DNA of 64,000 nucleotides, taken from Chthonomonadales bacterium. GTDB taxonomy: Bacteria; Armatimonadota; Chthonomonadetes; Chthonomonadales; CAJBBX01. Numbering within the stretch: position 1 is the stretch's first letter; every line of letters begins with the position of its first letter. A program made the translations under genes and the position numbers. The notes under the pieces were generated by a model, which saw only the letters and a program-made list of their open reading frames with translations, searched no databases and was not told where the DNA came from. Below, in pieces: positions 21,104-30,912 of the stretch. The DNA is taken from positions 122,951-186,950 of the forward strand of contig JBBIPC010000003.1 of the NCBI GenBank assembly GCA_037443035.1, given 5' to 3'.

Positions 21104-22210
21104 ATGAAGATCGTGGACCGTTACTTGGCCAGGGAGATGATCGTGCCGTTTCTCATCGGCCAGGCAGCGGTCGTTCTCATGCTGACGGGCACGGTCCTCT
21201 ACAACAACGCCGATACCTTCCTCTCCTACCAGATTCCGGCGTTGGGCATCGCCAAGATTGCCTTCTACTTCATGCCCTACCTGGTGGCGCTGACCATGCC
21301 AGTGGCGACGGCCATCGCCGTATCCCTCGCCGTCAGCCGGCTCAGCCGTGATTCGGAGATCACCGTCATGCGCGCCGCGGGTATCAGCCTGCGGCGGATC
21401 TTCGCGGCCTGCTTCGCGGCTGGCATCGTCCTCAGCTTTGGCGGGTTCCTCTTCGGCGAGAAGATTGTCCCCTGGGCGAACCTGCAGTACGAACGGACGA
21501 TGGCGCAGCTATCGCGCAGCATCCGCTTTCTCACCCCTCAGGAGGGGCAAGTTGTCCAGTCCGCAGACCGTCGCTACACGGCCTATGTCGGGCGCTTGAC
21601 TGTGTCGGGGAAGAAGACCATCCTGCAGGACGTGACGATACTCATCCGCCGCCCGGACAACCCCATCCCGACCGTGGTACACGCCGCTTCCGCTGATTAC
21701 CGAGAGGGTCGGTGGACACTGCATGACGCCCGGGTTCACATCTACGAAGAGGGAGGGGATCGAGAAGTCTTCAGCCGTGGGAAGACCTTCTACATTGACT
21801 TCCGCCTGCCGGAACGTATGTTCAACATGATCTACCTGCAGCTCCCACTGTATAGCGCGGCTGCGACAGTGAGCTTCCGCGACCTTTCCGCACGCATCGC
21901 AGTCCAGCGACGCAGTGGATATGTGAACCCGCAAGATCTACTGGAGCTGCACTTCAAGCTCTCCGTGCCCCTTTCGTGCCTCGTCTTCGCGCTAATCTGC
22001 CCTCCGCTGGCCATGCGATTCGCCCGCGCTGGCGGATTCATGGGTGTCCTCCTCTCCATCATCCTCGTGTTCGTCTATTGGAACACCTTGCTGGCCGCTA
22101 GGATCATCGGCTCCAGGTATCCCGGAATCCTGCCGCCCGCCGTGGCAGGATGGGGCCAGAATGTCCTCTTCTCCGCTGTCGGGGTCTGGTTTCTGTGGAG
22201 AAGCGAGTGA
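21104..22210 (+). CDS. LptF/LptG-family LPS export permease
   Basis: MKIVDRYLAREMIVPF, RLSRDSEITVMRAAGISL, HFKLSVPLSCLVFALI, AGWGQNVLF. Confidence 0.9.
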   Translation: MKIVDRYLAREMIVPFLIGQAAVVLMLTGTVLYNNADTFLSYQIPALGIAKIAFYFMPYLVALTMPVATAIAVSLAVSRLSRDSEITVMRAAGISLRRIFAACFAAGIVLSFGGFLFGEKIVPWANLQYERTMAQLSRSIRFLTPQEGQVVQSADRRYTAYVGRLTVSGKKTILQDVTILIRRPDNPIPTVVHAASADYREGRWTLHDARVHIYEEGGDREVFSRGKTFYIDFRLPERMFNMIYLQLPLYSAAATVSFRDLSARIAVQRRSGYVNPQDLLELHFKLSVPLSCLVFALICPPLAMRFARAGGFMGVLLSIILVFVYWNTLLAARIIGSRYPGILPPAVAGWGQNVLFSAVGVWFLWRSE

Positions 22211-24609
22211 GGTCCCTCGCATCGCTGCTTGCCCTCGTTGCGTGCATGTCGTTGACGTCGCGAGGCTGGCCGCTGTCTCCCTTGCCGCAGAGCGACACCA
22301 AGACGGAAGCGGCGGGTAGGGGGCATTCGGTAAAGACCGAGCAGCCACATGATCAGGATCCTCGAGAGGAAAAAGGAGCGGGCATTCCCGACGGTGAGCA
22401 ACGGCGGGAGAGCATCCAAGACGAACAGGCCGCGGCTCGCCCCGAAAAGCCGCCGCCCAACGTGCTCTATCTCCGGTTCGACGACGCAGACATTGACGGC
22501 ACGAAAGTACGGGCGAGCAACGTCACCATGACCTATGGCGAATACGAACTCCGAGGCGGTCGTCTCGAAGGAGACCTGGACGAGGACCTGATCTTCACCG
22601 ATTCGCCATCCCTGACCTACCGTGGCCAGACCCTGCTCGGCGACGCCGTGCGGTTCAATACGAGGCTGAAGACCTACCGCATCGAGAACCTCCGCACGGC
22701 GCTGACACCCGAGTTCCTCCAGAATCGAGCCATCTCGCCCCTCTATCTTGCAGGCGGATCCATCGCCGGAAGGGAGAATGAGCCCATCGTCGGTAACGAC
22801 GCGACAGCCACATCGTGCGATCGCTCGCGGCCTCACTACCTTATCCAGGCCGGGGCTATCGAGATAAGCCCGGGAAAGCGAGTCACCATGCGCCACGCAG
22901 CCATCTCGTACCGTGGGCGGAGACTGGTGGTGCTGCCAACGGTCGTCGTTCCATTGGACCGGCGCCTGCCGCGCGGGGGCTACCAACCCTCCGTAGGACG
23001 GACCGTGGAGGAAGGATGGTTCGCACGTGTCGGGTTCAACTACTTGCTGTCCCGACAGGCCCCGGGAATGTATCGAGTGGATCTCATGGAACGGAAGGGG
23101 ATCGGACTTGGGGTAGAGCAGGCTTGGAACACAGCGCGAGCGATGGGAGAAGCTGCAGTCTACGGCATACCCTTCGGTCCGCAGGGCAGCAACCTCTCAG
23201 GACGAGTACACTCGAGGCTTGCGCTGGGCGGAGGAAACGAGCTGGACCTGGGCTTCGACACCCGTCGTAACGACTACCGGACGCTACCAGACACAACGGA
23301 CCGGAACATTCGGCTCGGGTACAGCTTTCGCGGCTCCGGACTCGATACGCAGCTCAGCCTGAGCAGCCGGTCCAACCGATCGGGTGCCTACGAATCCAGC
23401 TCAAGCGCGGCGAACCTATCTCAGCGTTTCACGTTCGGACGGTCAGGCTCGATCCAGTTCAATGCGGATTACTCGCGTTACTCGAGCGGAACTACCACGA
23501 CGACGGGCACGACGGCCCAGACGAACGAGACACTGAACGCACGCATACAGGCGGACTTTTCGGCGCCGACCTATGCTCTCCAGCTTGTCGCTAATCGAAA
23601 CGTCCCTGTAGGGGAGCGGTCTGGGCAATCCTATTTCGGCGGAGTGGAGAGGCTTCCTGAGATCACTCTGTCGCGGTTTCGATTCGCCCGCGGTCCGCTG
23701 TCGACGGTTCCCCTCCTCTTCACGCTTGGTGCGGGCAAGTTCTCCGAAGGCGTCTCGTCGGGCTCTGGAACGATCCGTACGGTGACCGAGCGGGTCACGG
23801 CGGGTTTCGATTTCGGCTCTCAGCGATACGCCATCGCACGCAATACCGATCTCGATGTCTCCGTCGGCTTCACCCAGTACCTCTACGGAGAGGGAGCTGC
23901 GCAGTACATCCTTCGGAGCAACAGCTCCCTCGTGCAGCATTGGGGCAAGAAGTCAGGTATTGCGTTCCGCTACACGTATCAGCAACCCCATGGTGGCACA
24001 CCGTTCCGGTTCGATCGTCAGGGCAAGTACCACAGTCTCACTGCCGACATGGGCCTGCTCGACGATTCGAGGTTGCAGCTCACCGCGCGAGTGGGATATG
24101 ACTTGTCGGGATCTGACTACGGTGGAGGAGCGCAGCCCTGGCAGACGCTCTCTGCCAACCTATACATACGGCCGGTGGACTGGCTTCGCCTCAGAAACCT
24201 TCTCACCTACGATCCAAATACGGGGGAGTTCGTCTCCATCACGTCGGACCTGCGCTTGCGCGGCAGCAGGGACTTCGCGCTGGACCTCGTCTCTCGCTAT
24301 GATCCTCGCACGCATCGCTTCGGCCAGGTCAACGCCTATCTCAATCTGCCGTTGCTGCCTGCGTGGAGGGTTATCCTCCTCACTCAATACAACGGCTACC
24401 TCAGTCGATTCGAGAGCCGCAACCTTCAGATCATTCACGATATGCACTGTCTGGAGGCATCCCTGACGTTCATTGACAACCCCTACGGCTGGCGCGCCGA
24501 CCGTCAGGTCATGTTCCAGATCCGGGTCAAGGCGTTCCCTTCCTTCCAGCAGTTCGGCACTGGGCTCTATGGGCAGGCTCTCGACACTAGCGTCGGAGAT
24601 CGATTCTGA
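22207..24609 (+). CDS. LptD-like outer-membrane LPS assembly protein
   Basis: Signal peptide; OstA-like ATSCDRSRPHYLIQAGAIEISPG; long amphipathic beta-strand region ending in F; HDMHC motif; follows lptF/G. Confidence 0.75.
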   Translation: MRSLASLLALVACMSLTSRGWPLSPLPQSDTKTEAAGRGHSVKTEQPHDQDPREEKGAGIPDGEQRRESIQDEQAAARPEKPPPNVLYLRFDDADIDGTKVRASNVTMTYGEYELRGGRLEGDLDEDLIFTDSPSLTYRGQTLLGDAVRFNTRLKTYRIENLRTALTPEFLQNRAISPLYLAGGSIAGRENEPIVGNDATATSCDRSRPHYLIQAGAIEISPGKRVTMRHAAISYRGRRLVVLPTVVVPLDRRLPRGGYQPSVGRTVEEGWFARVGFNYLLSRQAPGMYRVDLMERKGIGLGVEQAWNTARAMGEAAVYGIPFGPQGSNLSGRVHSRLALGGGNELDLGFDTRRNDYRTLPDTTDRNIRLGYSFRGSGLDTQLSLSSRSNRSGAYESSSSAANLSQRFTFGRSGSIQFNADYSRYSSGTTTTTGTTAQTNETLNARIQADFSAPTYALQLVANRNVPVGERSGQSYFGGVERLPEITLSRFRFARGPLSTVPLLFTLGAGKFSEGVSSGSGTIRTVTERVTAGFDFGSQRYAIARNTDLDVSVGFTQYLYGEGAAQYILRSNSSLVQHWGKKSGIAFRYTYQQPHGGTPFRFDRQGKYHSLTADMGLLDDSRLQLTARVGYDLSGSDYGGGAQPWQTLSANLYIRPVDWLRLRNLLTYDPNTGEFVSITSDLRLRGSRDFALDLVSRYDPRTHRFGQVNAYLNLPLLPAWRVILLTQYNGYLSRFESRNLQIIHDMHCLEASLTFIDNPYGWRADRQVMFQIRVKAFPSFQQFGTGLYGQALDTSVGDRF

Positions 24610-25922
24610 TGCGCATGGCCTACAGGAGAGTCCTGGTGATGGTCTCCTTTGCAGCGGCACTCGGATTGATGGTCCCCCTGCACGCCGGACGCTCTCGAGA
24701 GGCCGCGATGCTCCACAAACGGCTGTCCACCGGGCTCCAGCTCATCGCCGTGCAATCACCTGGTGCTGAGCTTGCGGCTGTGGACGTGTGGATCCGTGCG
24801 GGATCTGCAATGGAATCCGTTGAGGAGAGGGGCGCTGCGCACTTCCTCGAGCACATGCTGTTCAAGGGCACGCCGACGCGGCCAGCCGGAGCCATAGACT
24901 TCGCCGTCGAAACCTGCGGGGGCATACTCAATGCTGGCACGACGCGAGACGGCGCACACATCTTCGCCACTGTGGATCCGGCGTACGTCTCCCCTGTGCT
25001 CAGCGTCATCGCCGATGCTGTGCGCAACCCATTGCTGGATAGCTCCGAGTTCGAGTTGGAGCGCGCGGTCATTCTCGACGAGTTCGCTCGGGACCTCGAT
25101 CGGTCCAGCCGGCTACTGCAGGATGCAGCCTGTGGCGCGGCCTACTCCAACCATCCCTATGCGCGCCCCGTGTTGGGCACAGCCGAGGACATTCGACACA
25201 TCTCCCGCGACACCGTCCGCGCTTTCCATGATCGGTACTACCGGCCGCAACGTGCCGTCGTGGTAGTCGTAAGTCCTGCTCATCCGACGTCCACGCTGGA
25301 GGCTATGGAGAAGACGTTCAGCGATTGGCAGGCGCAGACTCCATTGGACGCCACGGTGGCACGGTCTGAGCAGATACGCGATGGCTGGCGTCCGGCGTCC
25401 TTCGGACCAGTGCCTGCGCCGGCGGCACCAGGCGAGCCGGCGCGTACGATGATGATCTGGAAGACGCCACCTGCAACGAGTTCAGAGGATATTGCAGCGT
25501 CGGAGCTGATCGCTGCGCTAGTGGAACCGGTTGCAGCGTCATCCTCCAGCATCGCGGGTTCGGCAGGCGCTGAAGCCATCCACGGCATGGAGGGCGGCTT
25601 GATCGTCGCTTGGTATCCAGCCAGCGCGCCAGGCACGGCCGGGAAGCTAAGGGCGCTTGTCCAGCGTTTGTCAGATGTCGGTCCCACCCCAGCCGAGTTG
25701 GCGGCAGCAACGAGACGTGTGCTCGGACGACATCTCTACGCCATGGAGACGGTTGCCGGCATGGCCCGTGAGGTGGGAAAGTGGGCGCTCTACGGATATC
25801 CGAACTTACCTCTGGAGTACGGCCAGCTTCTGGAGCGCGCCACCTTGGCCTCGGTTCGAGAATACGCACGAAAGTGGCTAACCTCCGCAGGGACGCCTCC
25901 GCAACAGGATCGGACCCCATGA
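24609..25922 (+). CDS. M16 zinc peptidase, catalytic subunit (signal peptide)
   Basis: GAAHFLEHMLFKGT (HXXEH), LNAGT, ERAVILDE, HPYARPVLG. Confidence 0.92.
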   Translation: MRMAYRRVLVMVSFAAALGLMVPLHAGRSREAAMLHKRLSTGLQLIAVQSPGAELAAVDVWIRAGSAMESVEERGAAHFLEHMLFKGTPTRPAGAIDFAVETCGGILNAGTTRDGAHIFATVDPAYVSPVLSVIADAVRNPLLDSSEFELERAVILDEFARDLDRSSRLLQDAACGAAYSNHPYARPVLGTAEDIRHISRDTVRAFHDRYYRPQRAVVVVVSPAHPTSTLEAMEKTFSDWQAQTPLDATVARSEQIRDGWRPASFGPVPAPAAPGEPARTMMIWKTPPATSSEDIAASELIAALVEPVAASSSSIAGSAGAEAIHGMEGGLIVAWYPASAPGTAGKLRALVQRLSDVGPTPAELAAATRRVLGRHLYAMETVAGMAREVGKWALYGYPNLPLEYGQLLERATLASVREYARKWLTSAGTPPQQDRTP

Positions 25923-27292
25923 AGGTCAAAGGTTACTTCTGGCTGTCCCTGGGATGGACGTGCGCCGGTCTTGCTCTAACTGCGTTAGTGTGGCATTGCG
26001 CCGGCGCACTCGCGGCACGATCTCCAGCCGAAGTGACACGCTTTACAACAGACAGCGGCGTCCGCGTCGTCTTTCGGCAGGAGCCTGAATCGCCAACGGT
26101 CGCCATGGCCGTGGCGGTTCGTACGCTACCGGCAGAGTACCGGTCGGCGCCTGGTATCGGTGGTGTCGTTGCCAGTGCCCTTTTCGGCGCCAATAGCAAT
26201 CTCAGCCGCGAAGGAGTCGCGCGCGCCATCGCGTACACCGGCGACGGGTTCCAGGCTAGCTGGTCGGCGGAATGCGCTATGGTATCTTGCGTAACGACGC
26301 CGGCGGCCTTTTCCGACGCCGTGTGGATCGTTGCCCAGGCACTGAAGAACGCCGACATGGACGTGGAGACTGCGTCGCAGGCGGTACGGAACCTGCTCGC
26401 AGCGCAGGCGCGCGAAGCGTCCGATCCAGTGGCCGTAGGGGCACAGGCTGCTCGAGCCAAGCTTTTCGGCGGCCATCCGTACGGCCGTCCGCCGCTCGGC
26501 ACGCCTGACAGTATCCGGCGCATCCCAAGACAGAATCTCCTGAGCTACTACCGTTTCGCGTACGTACCGCAACGCACGGTCATCGCAGTTTGCGGCAACC
26601 TGGATGTCGAACGCGTGCGACGCGTCCTCAGCAGTCACCTCGTGGACTACGAGAACCAGCCACCCGCACATTCGCGAGGCACCGCGGCCGAAGACCTACC
26701 CGAACCCGATGGTCCTGCTCACCTGACCGCCACGACCACTGGCACGACAGCGGCGGTCTTGGCAGCTTATCGGACGCCAGGCGTCGCCTCGCCACGCTAC
26801 CCCGCTCTGCGCGTGTTGGCTACACTGCTGGGCGGCGGCAAGGGATCGAGACTGTTCCGCAGCGTGCGAGATGCACGAGGTGTCGGCTATGTGGTTGGAG
26901 CGGACATCTATGCGTTCGCGGACGCCGGAGTGCTCTACGCTTTCGCAGAGGTGGCGCCGCGCAAGGACGATCCCGTCTTCCTGGAGAGAGTGGAGAAGCT
27001 CGTGGTGGGCACCGCGGAGAGTGTTCTCGAATCACCCCCGACAGAGGCCGAACTGGAGCGGGCTCGCAGGTTGGCAATCGGCATGCATCGGGCTGAACGT
27101 CAGCGTGGCGTGGATCGCGCCGTTGCTCTTGCCCGGGCCGAGTTGCTCGCCGGCGGCTGGTCGGCCGACGAGGCGTTGCCGGCACGGATGGCCGGGGTGT
27201 CTCTCAGCGATCTCACGGAGACGGCCCGCGAGGTGTTGACGAATCGTTGCGTGGTGGTAGTTCGCCCCGATGGGACGCCACCACTGCGATGA
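25919..27292 (+). CDS. M16 peptidase partner subunit (lacks HXXEH)
   Basis: HPYGRPPLG, LGGGKGSRLFRSVRDARGVGY; no HXXEH motif. Confidence 0.88.
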   Translation: MKVKGYFWLSLGWTCAGLALTALVWHCAGALAARSPAEVTRFTTDSGVRVVFRQEPESPTVAMAVAVRTLPAEYRSAPGIGGVVASALFGANSNLSREGVARAIAYTGDGFQASWSAECAMVSCVTTPAAFSDAVWIVAQALKNADMDVETASQAVRNLLAAQAREASDPVAVGAQAARAKLFGGHPYGRPPLGTPDSIRRIPRQNLLSYYRFAYVPQRTVIAVCGNLDVERVRRVLSSHLVDYENQPPAHSRGTAAEDLPEPDGPAHLTATTTGTTAAVLAAYRTPGVASPRYPALRVLATLLGGGKGSRLFRSVRDARGVGYVVGADIYAFADAGVLYAFAEVAPRKDDPVFLERVEKLVVGTAESVLESPPTEAELERARRLAIGMHRAERQRGVDRAVALARAELLAGGWSADEALPARMAGVSLSDLTETAREVLTNRCVVVVRPDGTPPLR

Positions 27293-29025
27293 TGGCGACG
27301 CGCAAGATCCTCGGCCAGGGCAACGCCCGTGGTGGCGAGATTCTGCAGGACCCTCAAGCATCCGAAAAACTCAGGTGGCATAGCGGACTTGTTCAGCGAG
27401 TAGAGATTCGGCACACACGTCAATGAAGCCGACGGACGGCACGTCCAGCGCAGCACTCGCCCATGATGGGACCAGCAGAGCCGCATGAGTCGACCATCGT
27501 AAGCATCCCGAATCAGCACGTCGCGGAAGTCGTTGGGATAGGCCATGGAGTACGGACCCGCACCCGTAGTCGCGAAATCACGCAGGGTGTAAGGATGCAG
27601 CGTCACAAAGTAAGCCGAGGCGCGGCGCACGTAGAACTGACGCGGCAGCGTCACACGCAGGTTCGGTAGGTCCGTGAGGTCTCTTAGGTACCGCTCCAGC
27701 GCCGGTCGCTCGATGTCGCGCAGGGCACGCCAGCGATCCTCGCGCAGAATGTCGTGGTCGTGCTGCAGGACATTCGGGCCAAGATGGTAGCTGATACTGT
27801 TGAAGGCCGCCCGCTTCTGATCGAAGGCTATGTTGAACCCACTCGTGCTACGGCGGCCGTTGAGCCATCGTAGACTGAGCGATGGGTTGCGCAGCCCAGC
27901 GCAGTGCATCAGTAGGCTGAAGCCCTCCGCCAGCGACGTCCAGCCGAGACCGTAGAAGTCGTAGATCCGGATGAAGTCTCTTTGGTAGCGGCGATGGTAC
28001 CGCTTCAGCTCCCGCGCAAGCGCGGGGTCTCGGAGGGCATCGTCCCAGCTCACATTCGCCATGTCGAGTATGGCCTCCGCTGGGATCCGCGTCAGATCCT
28101 TGAGCCTCGAGCGCGTCGCCAAGTCGATCCCGTCCACGTTGAAGACGAGCCCTGAAGCCAGGTTCGGCGTGTCGGTACTCATGGGCACGCCGGCCTTTTC
28201 TGTCACGCGGGCCTCCGGATCCATATCCACGAAGACCTGCGCACGAATCTCGCAGCCTTCCTCTGTCACGACCGAGGCGAGCCGTCCCCCCGTCTTCCGG
28301 ACGAGCAGGGAGTCGTAGCTCCGTGTGTGCAGCACGCGAATGGTCTGCCTGTAGTGTTTCTCGAGAAAGCGGACGAGTTTCGGTGTGACGTTTTCGGGCA
28401 GCGCCACCATGTTGCCTGGCGCCATCCCGAGTGCTTCGCGGAAGAGCCGCACCTGCTCCCTCGGTCGCGATATCCGTCCGTAGCCGTCGAAGTACCGCAG
28501 GTTACCTCCGGAATCGGAGACCAACCCACCGAGCGGCCCTGCGTAGATCATTGCCACCGACAGGCCACGGTCCGCCGCAGCCATTGCGGTGATAATCGCT
28601 TCGATCTCTCCGCCGACGATGCATAACTGCGCTCCGAAACCGGTGCACGGTGCCCCTGTGCGAGGCTCGTCCAGCGGTACGGCGAACGGAAGCGGCCGTC
28701 CATACCGCAATGCGAATCGAATAGTCTGCGGGTGTGCCTGGCGTACGTCAGCGATCCACCGAAGGGTTCGTTCGCAACGCGTACGCACTGCTGGATCTAC
28801 TGGCACTGCCGGACATGCGAGGAATCGGCGCAGTCTTCGTGCGCGCCACTGGAGGTCGCGCGTGGTCAGCACCTCGCCAGCGTGCGGGAAATCGGCCTCA
28901 CCGAGCACGATCGGCAGGAGCCCATTTGCCTCTTGACGCACTGTCAGTCGCGGTGCAGCGACAACCATGGCAGTGAGAGCAGCCAGCACGGTTGCCCAAC
29001 TGACGCGGTGGGGGAGCCTCCTCAC
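27100..29025 (-). CDS. FAD-dependent oxidoreductase-like protein with an N-terminal signal/TM segment
   Basis: Degenerate Rossmann motif LCIVGGEIEAIITAMAAADRG, LGGL, AQVFVDMDPEA. Confidence 0.65.
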   Translation of the reverse strand: MRRLPHRVSWATVLAALTAMVVAAPRLTVRQEANGLLPIVLGEADFPHAGEVLTTRDLQWRARRLRRFLACPAVPVDPAVRTRCERTLRWIADVRQAHPQTIRFALRYGRPLPFAVPLDEPRTGAPCTGFGAQLCIVGGEIEAIITAMAAADRGLSVAMIYAGPLGGLVSDSGGNLRYFDGYGRISRPREQVRLFREALGMAPGNMVALPENVTPKLVRFLEKHYRQTIRVLHTRSYDSLLVRKTGGRLASVVTEEGCEIRAQVFVDMDPEARVTEKAGVPMSTDTPNLASGLVFNVDGIDLATRSRLKDLTRIPAEAILDMANVSWDDALRDPALARELKRYHRRYQRDFIRIYDFYGLGWTSLAEGFSLLMHCAGLRNPSLSLRWLNGRRSTSGFNIAFDQKRAAFNSISYHLGPNVLQHDHDILREDRWRALRDIERPALERYLRDLTDLPNLRVTLPRQFYVRRASAYFVTLHPYTLRDFATTGAGPYSMAYPNDFRDVLIRDAYDGRLMRLCWSHHGRVLRWTCRPSASLTCVPNLYSLNKSAMPPEFFGCLRVLQNLATTGVALAEDLARRHHRSGGVPSGRTTTTQRFVNTSRAVSVRSLRDTPAIRAGNASSADQPPASNSARARATARSTPR

Positions 29026-29906
29026 CCCTTGATACCCTGCAGCTTGATGCTTTCGATGAAGTACCGCTGATTGAAGAGGAACACGATAACGACCGGTACT
29101 GTCGCCATGACCGATGCGGCCATGAGGAGGCTGTAGTCGGTGCTATAACGTTGCGTGAACACGGTGAGACCGATGGGTAGGGTTCGCAGCTCTGGCGTCA
29201 CCGTCACGATGAGCGGCCACATGAAACTTCCCCAGAAGCCCATGAAGGTGAACGTCGCGAGCGTCGCCAGGGCGGTCTTGGCTAGGGGCAAGGTGACTTT
29301 CAGGTAGATCTGTGTCAGGCTGGCACCGTCCATCCGGGCCGACTCCTCCAGCTCACGCGGAAGAGACATGAAGAACTGACGGAGCATGAACGTACCCCAC
29401 GGGCTGAAAATGCCAGGAACGATCAGCGCATAGTAGCTGTTCACCCAGCCAAGGGCTCTGACCACGGCGAACACGGGCACGAGCGTCACCGAGCCTGGGA
29501 TCATCATGGTGGCCAGATAGCCGAAGAAGAGCTGGTCGCGACCTGGGAAGCGGAGACGTGCAAACGCGTAAGCCGCCATGGAGCTAGTGACGACCTGCCC
29601 GAATGTACCTGCCGCAGCCACATACAAGCTGTTGCCGTAGAGCCTCCAGAAACTCATGCCGTCGGCTGCCATGCGAGCGATTGCTTCAGCGTAGTTGGAC
29701 CAGTAGAGCTTCTTCGGAAACCACTCGATGGTAGCAGTGGAGAAGGCCGCACTCGGCTCACGGAGCGACGTCACGGTCATCCAGTAGAAGGGCACGACCA
29801 TGATGAGCGCGCCTGCGGTGAGAGCGATGTACAGCACGACTAGACGCAACTGCGCCAGTGTCTGCTCCGACTGTCCCCTCGGGCGAGCGCTAGTGGTACT
29901 GGACAC
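29022..29906 (-). CDS. Carbohydrate ABC permease (MalG-like)
   Basis: PFYWM, AAYAFARLRFPGRD, EAA loop LPRELEESARMDGAS. Confidence 0.94.
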   Translation of the reverse strand: MSSTTSARPRGQSEQTLAQLRLVVLYIALTAGALIMVVPFYWMTVTSLREPSAAFSTATIEWFPKKLYWSNYAEAIARMAADGMSFWRLYGNSLYVAAAGTFGQVVTSSMAAYAFARLRFPGRDQLFFGYLATMMIPGSVTLVPVFAVVRALGWVNSYYALIVPGIFSPWGTFMLRQFFMSLPRELEESARMDGASLTQIYLKVTLPLAKTALATLATFTFMGFWGSFMWPLIVTVTPELRTLPIGLTVFTQRYSTDYSLLMAASVMATVPVVIVFLFNQRYFIESIKLQGIKG

Positions 29907-30837
29907 TTCGGCCTCCGTATTTCCAGGTCGCCAAAGAGACGATGAGAATGATCACGAAGAGGACCCACGCGATGGCCGAGGCGTAGCCCATATTGAAGAC
30001 GGTGAACGCTTTGTTGTAGATGTAGAACTCGAGCGTCGTCGTAGACCCTGCTGGGCCTCCAGCGGTCATCACATAGGCCTGCATGAAACCGCCTTGGAAC
30101 CCGCCGATGATGCTCATGATCCCGAGGAAAAACGTTGTCGGTGCGATGAGGGGCCAGGTGATACTGAGGAACTGCTGTCGGCCTGAGGCACCGTCTATCT
30201 GCGCTGCTTCGTATAGCTCGCGCGGTACCCCCTGCAACGCTGCCAGGTAAAGGATCATGCTGCTTCCTCCCACGCCCATGACGAAGCCCATGAGCATGAG
30301 CGCCGGTTTGGACCAGGTGGAGCTCCCGAGCCAGTCGGGCGGGTTCCTGACACCGAGCTGGGTCAAGATGGTGTTGATGAGACCAATGTCTGTGTTGTAG
30401 AGCCACTTCCACAGCACTAGTACGGCGACACCGGCCGTGATGCTGGGCAGGAAGTAGAGCGTGCGGTAGATGACAACGCCCCGGATCTTCTGGTTGAGGG
30501 CGATTGCCAGCATCAACGACCCCAGCAACGTGAATGGGATCGCCAGCATCATGTAGGCGGTGTTGTAGAGGTACTGCCAGAAGAAGGGGTCGTTGGCGGT
30601 ATACGGGACGCGGAACAGGCCCAGTATGCTCGTGGAATCATCGAGCGAGCGGCTGAAACCGAGGAGGCTCACGAAGTTCTGTAGTCCGACCCAGCGCGGC
30701 GCATGGAACAGGTCCCATCGTGTGAAGGCCAGGTAGAGCGAGGCTATGACCGGTCCAGACGTGAAGACCAGAAAGCCGAGCAGATTCGGCAGCAGGAAGA
30801 GGTAGGCAGTCAGGATCTCCTTGCGTCGGTCACTCAT
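29890..30837 (-). CDS. Carbohydrate ABC permease (MalF/LacF-like)
   Basis: YLFLLP, WVGLQNF, YLAALQGVPRELYEAAQIDGAS, MGYASAIAW. Confidence 0.94.
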   Translation of the reverse strand: MSDRRKEILTAYLFLLPNLLGFLVFTSGPVIASLYLAFTRWDLFHAPRWVGLQNFVSLLGFSRSLDDSTSILGLFRVPYTANDPFFWQYLYNTAYMMLAIPFTLLGSLMLAIALNQKIRGVVIYRTLYFLPSITAGVAVLVLWKWLYNTDIGLINTILTQLGVRNPPDWLGSSTWSKPALMLMGFVMGVGGSSMILYLAALQGVPRELYEAAQIDGASGRQQFLSITWPLIAPTTFFLGIMSIIGGFQGGFMQAYVMTAGGPAGSTTTLEFYIYNKAFTVFNMGYASAIAWVLFVIILIVSLATWKYGGRSVQYH

Positions 30838-30912
30838 GGGTTCCCTCGCGCCACGTCTGACCCCTTGCCGCCGCCAATGTGTCGTACGACGCCACGAGTC
30901 GCTGTTCGCTAC

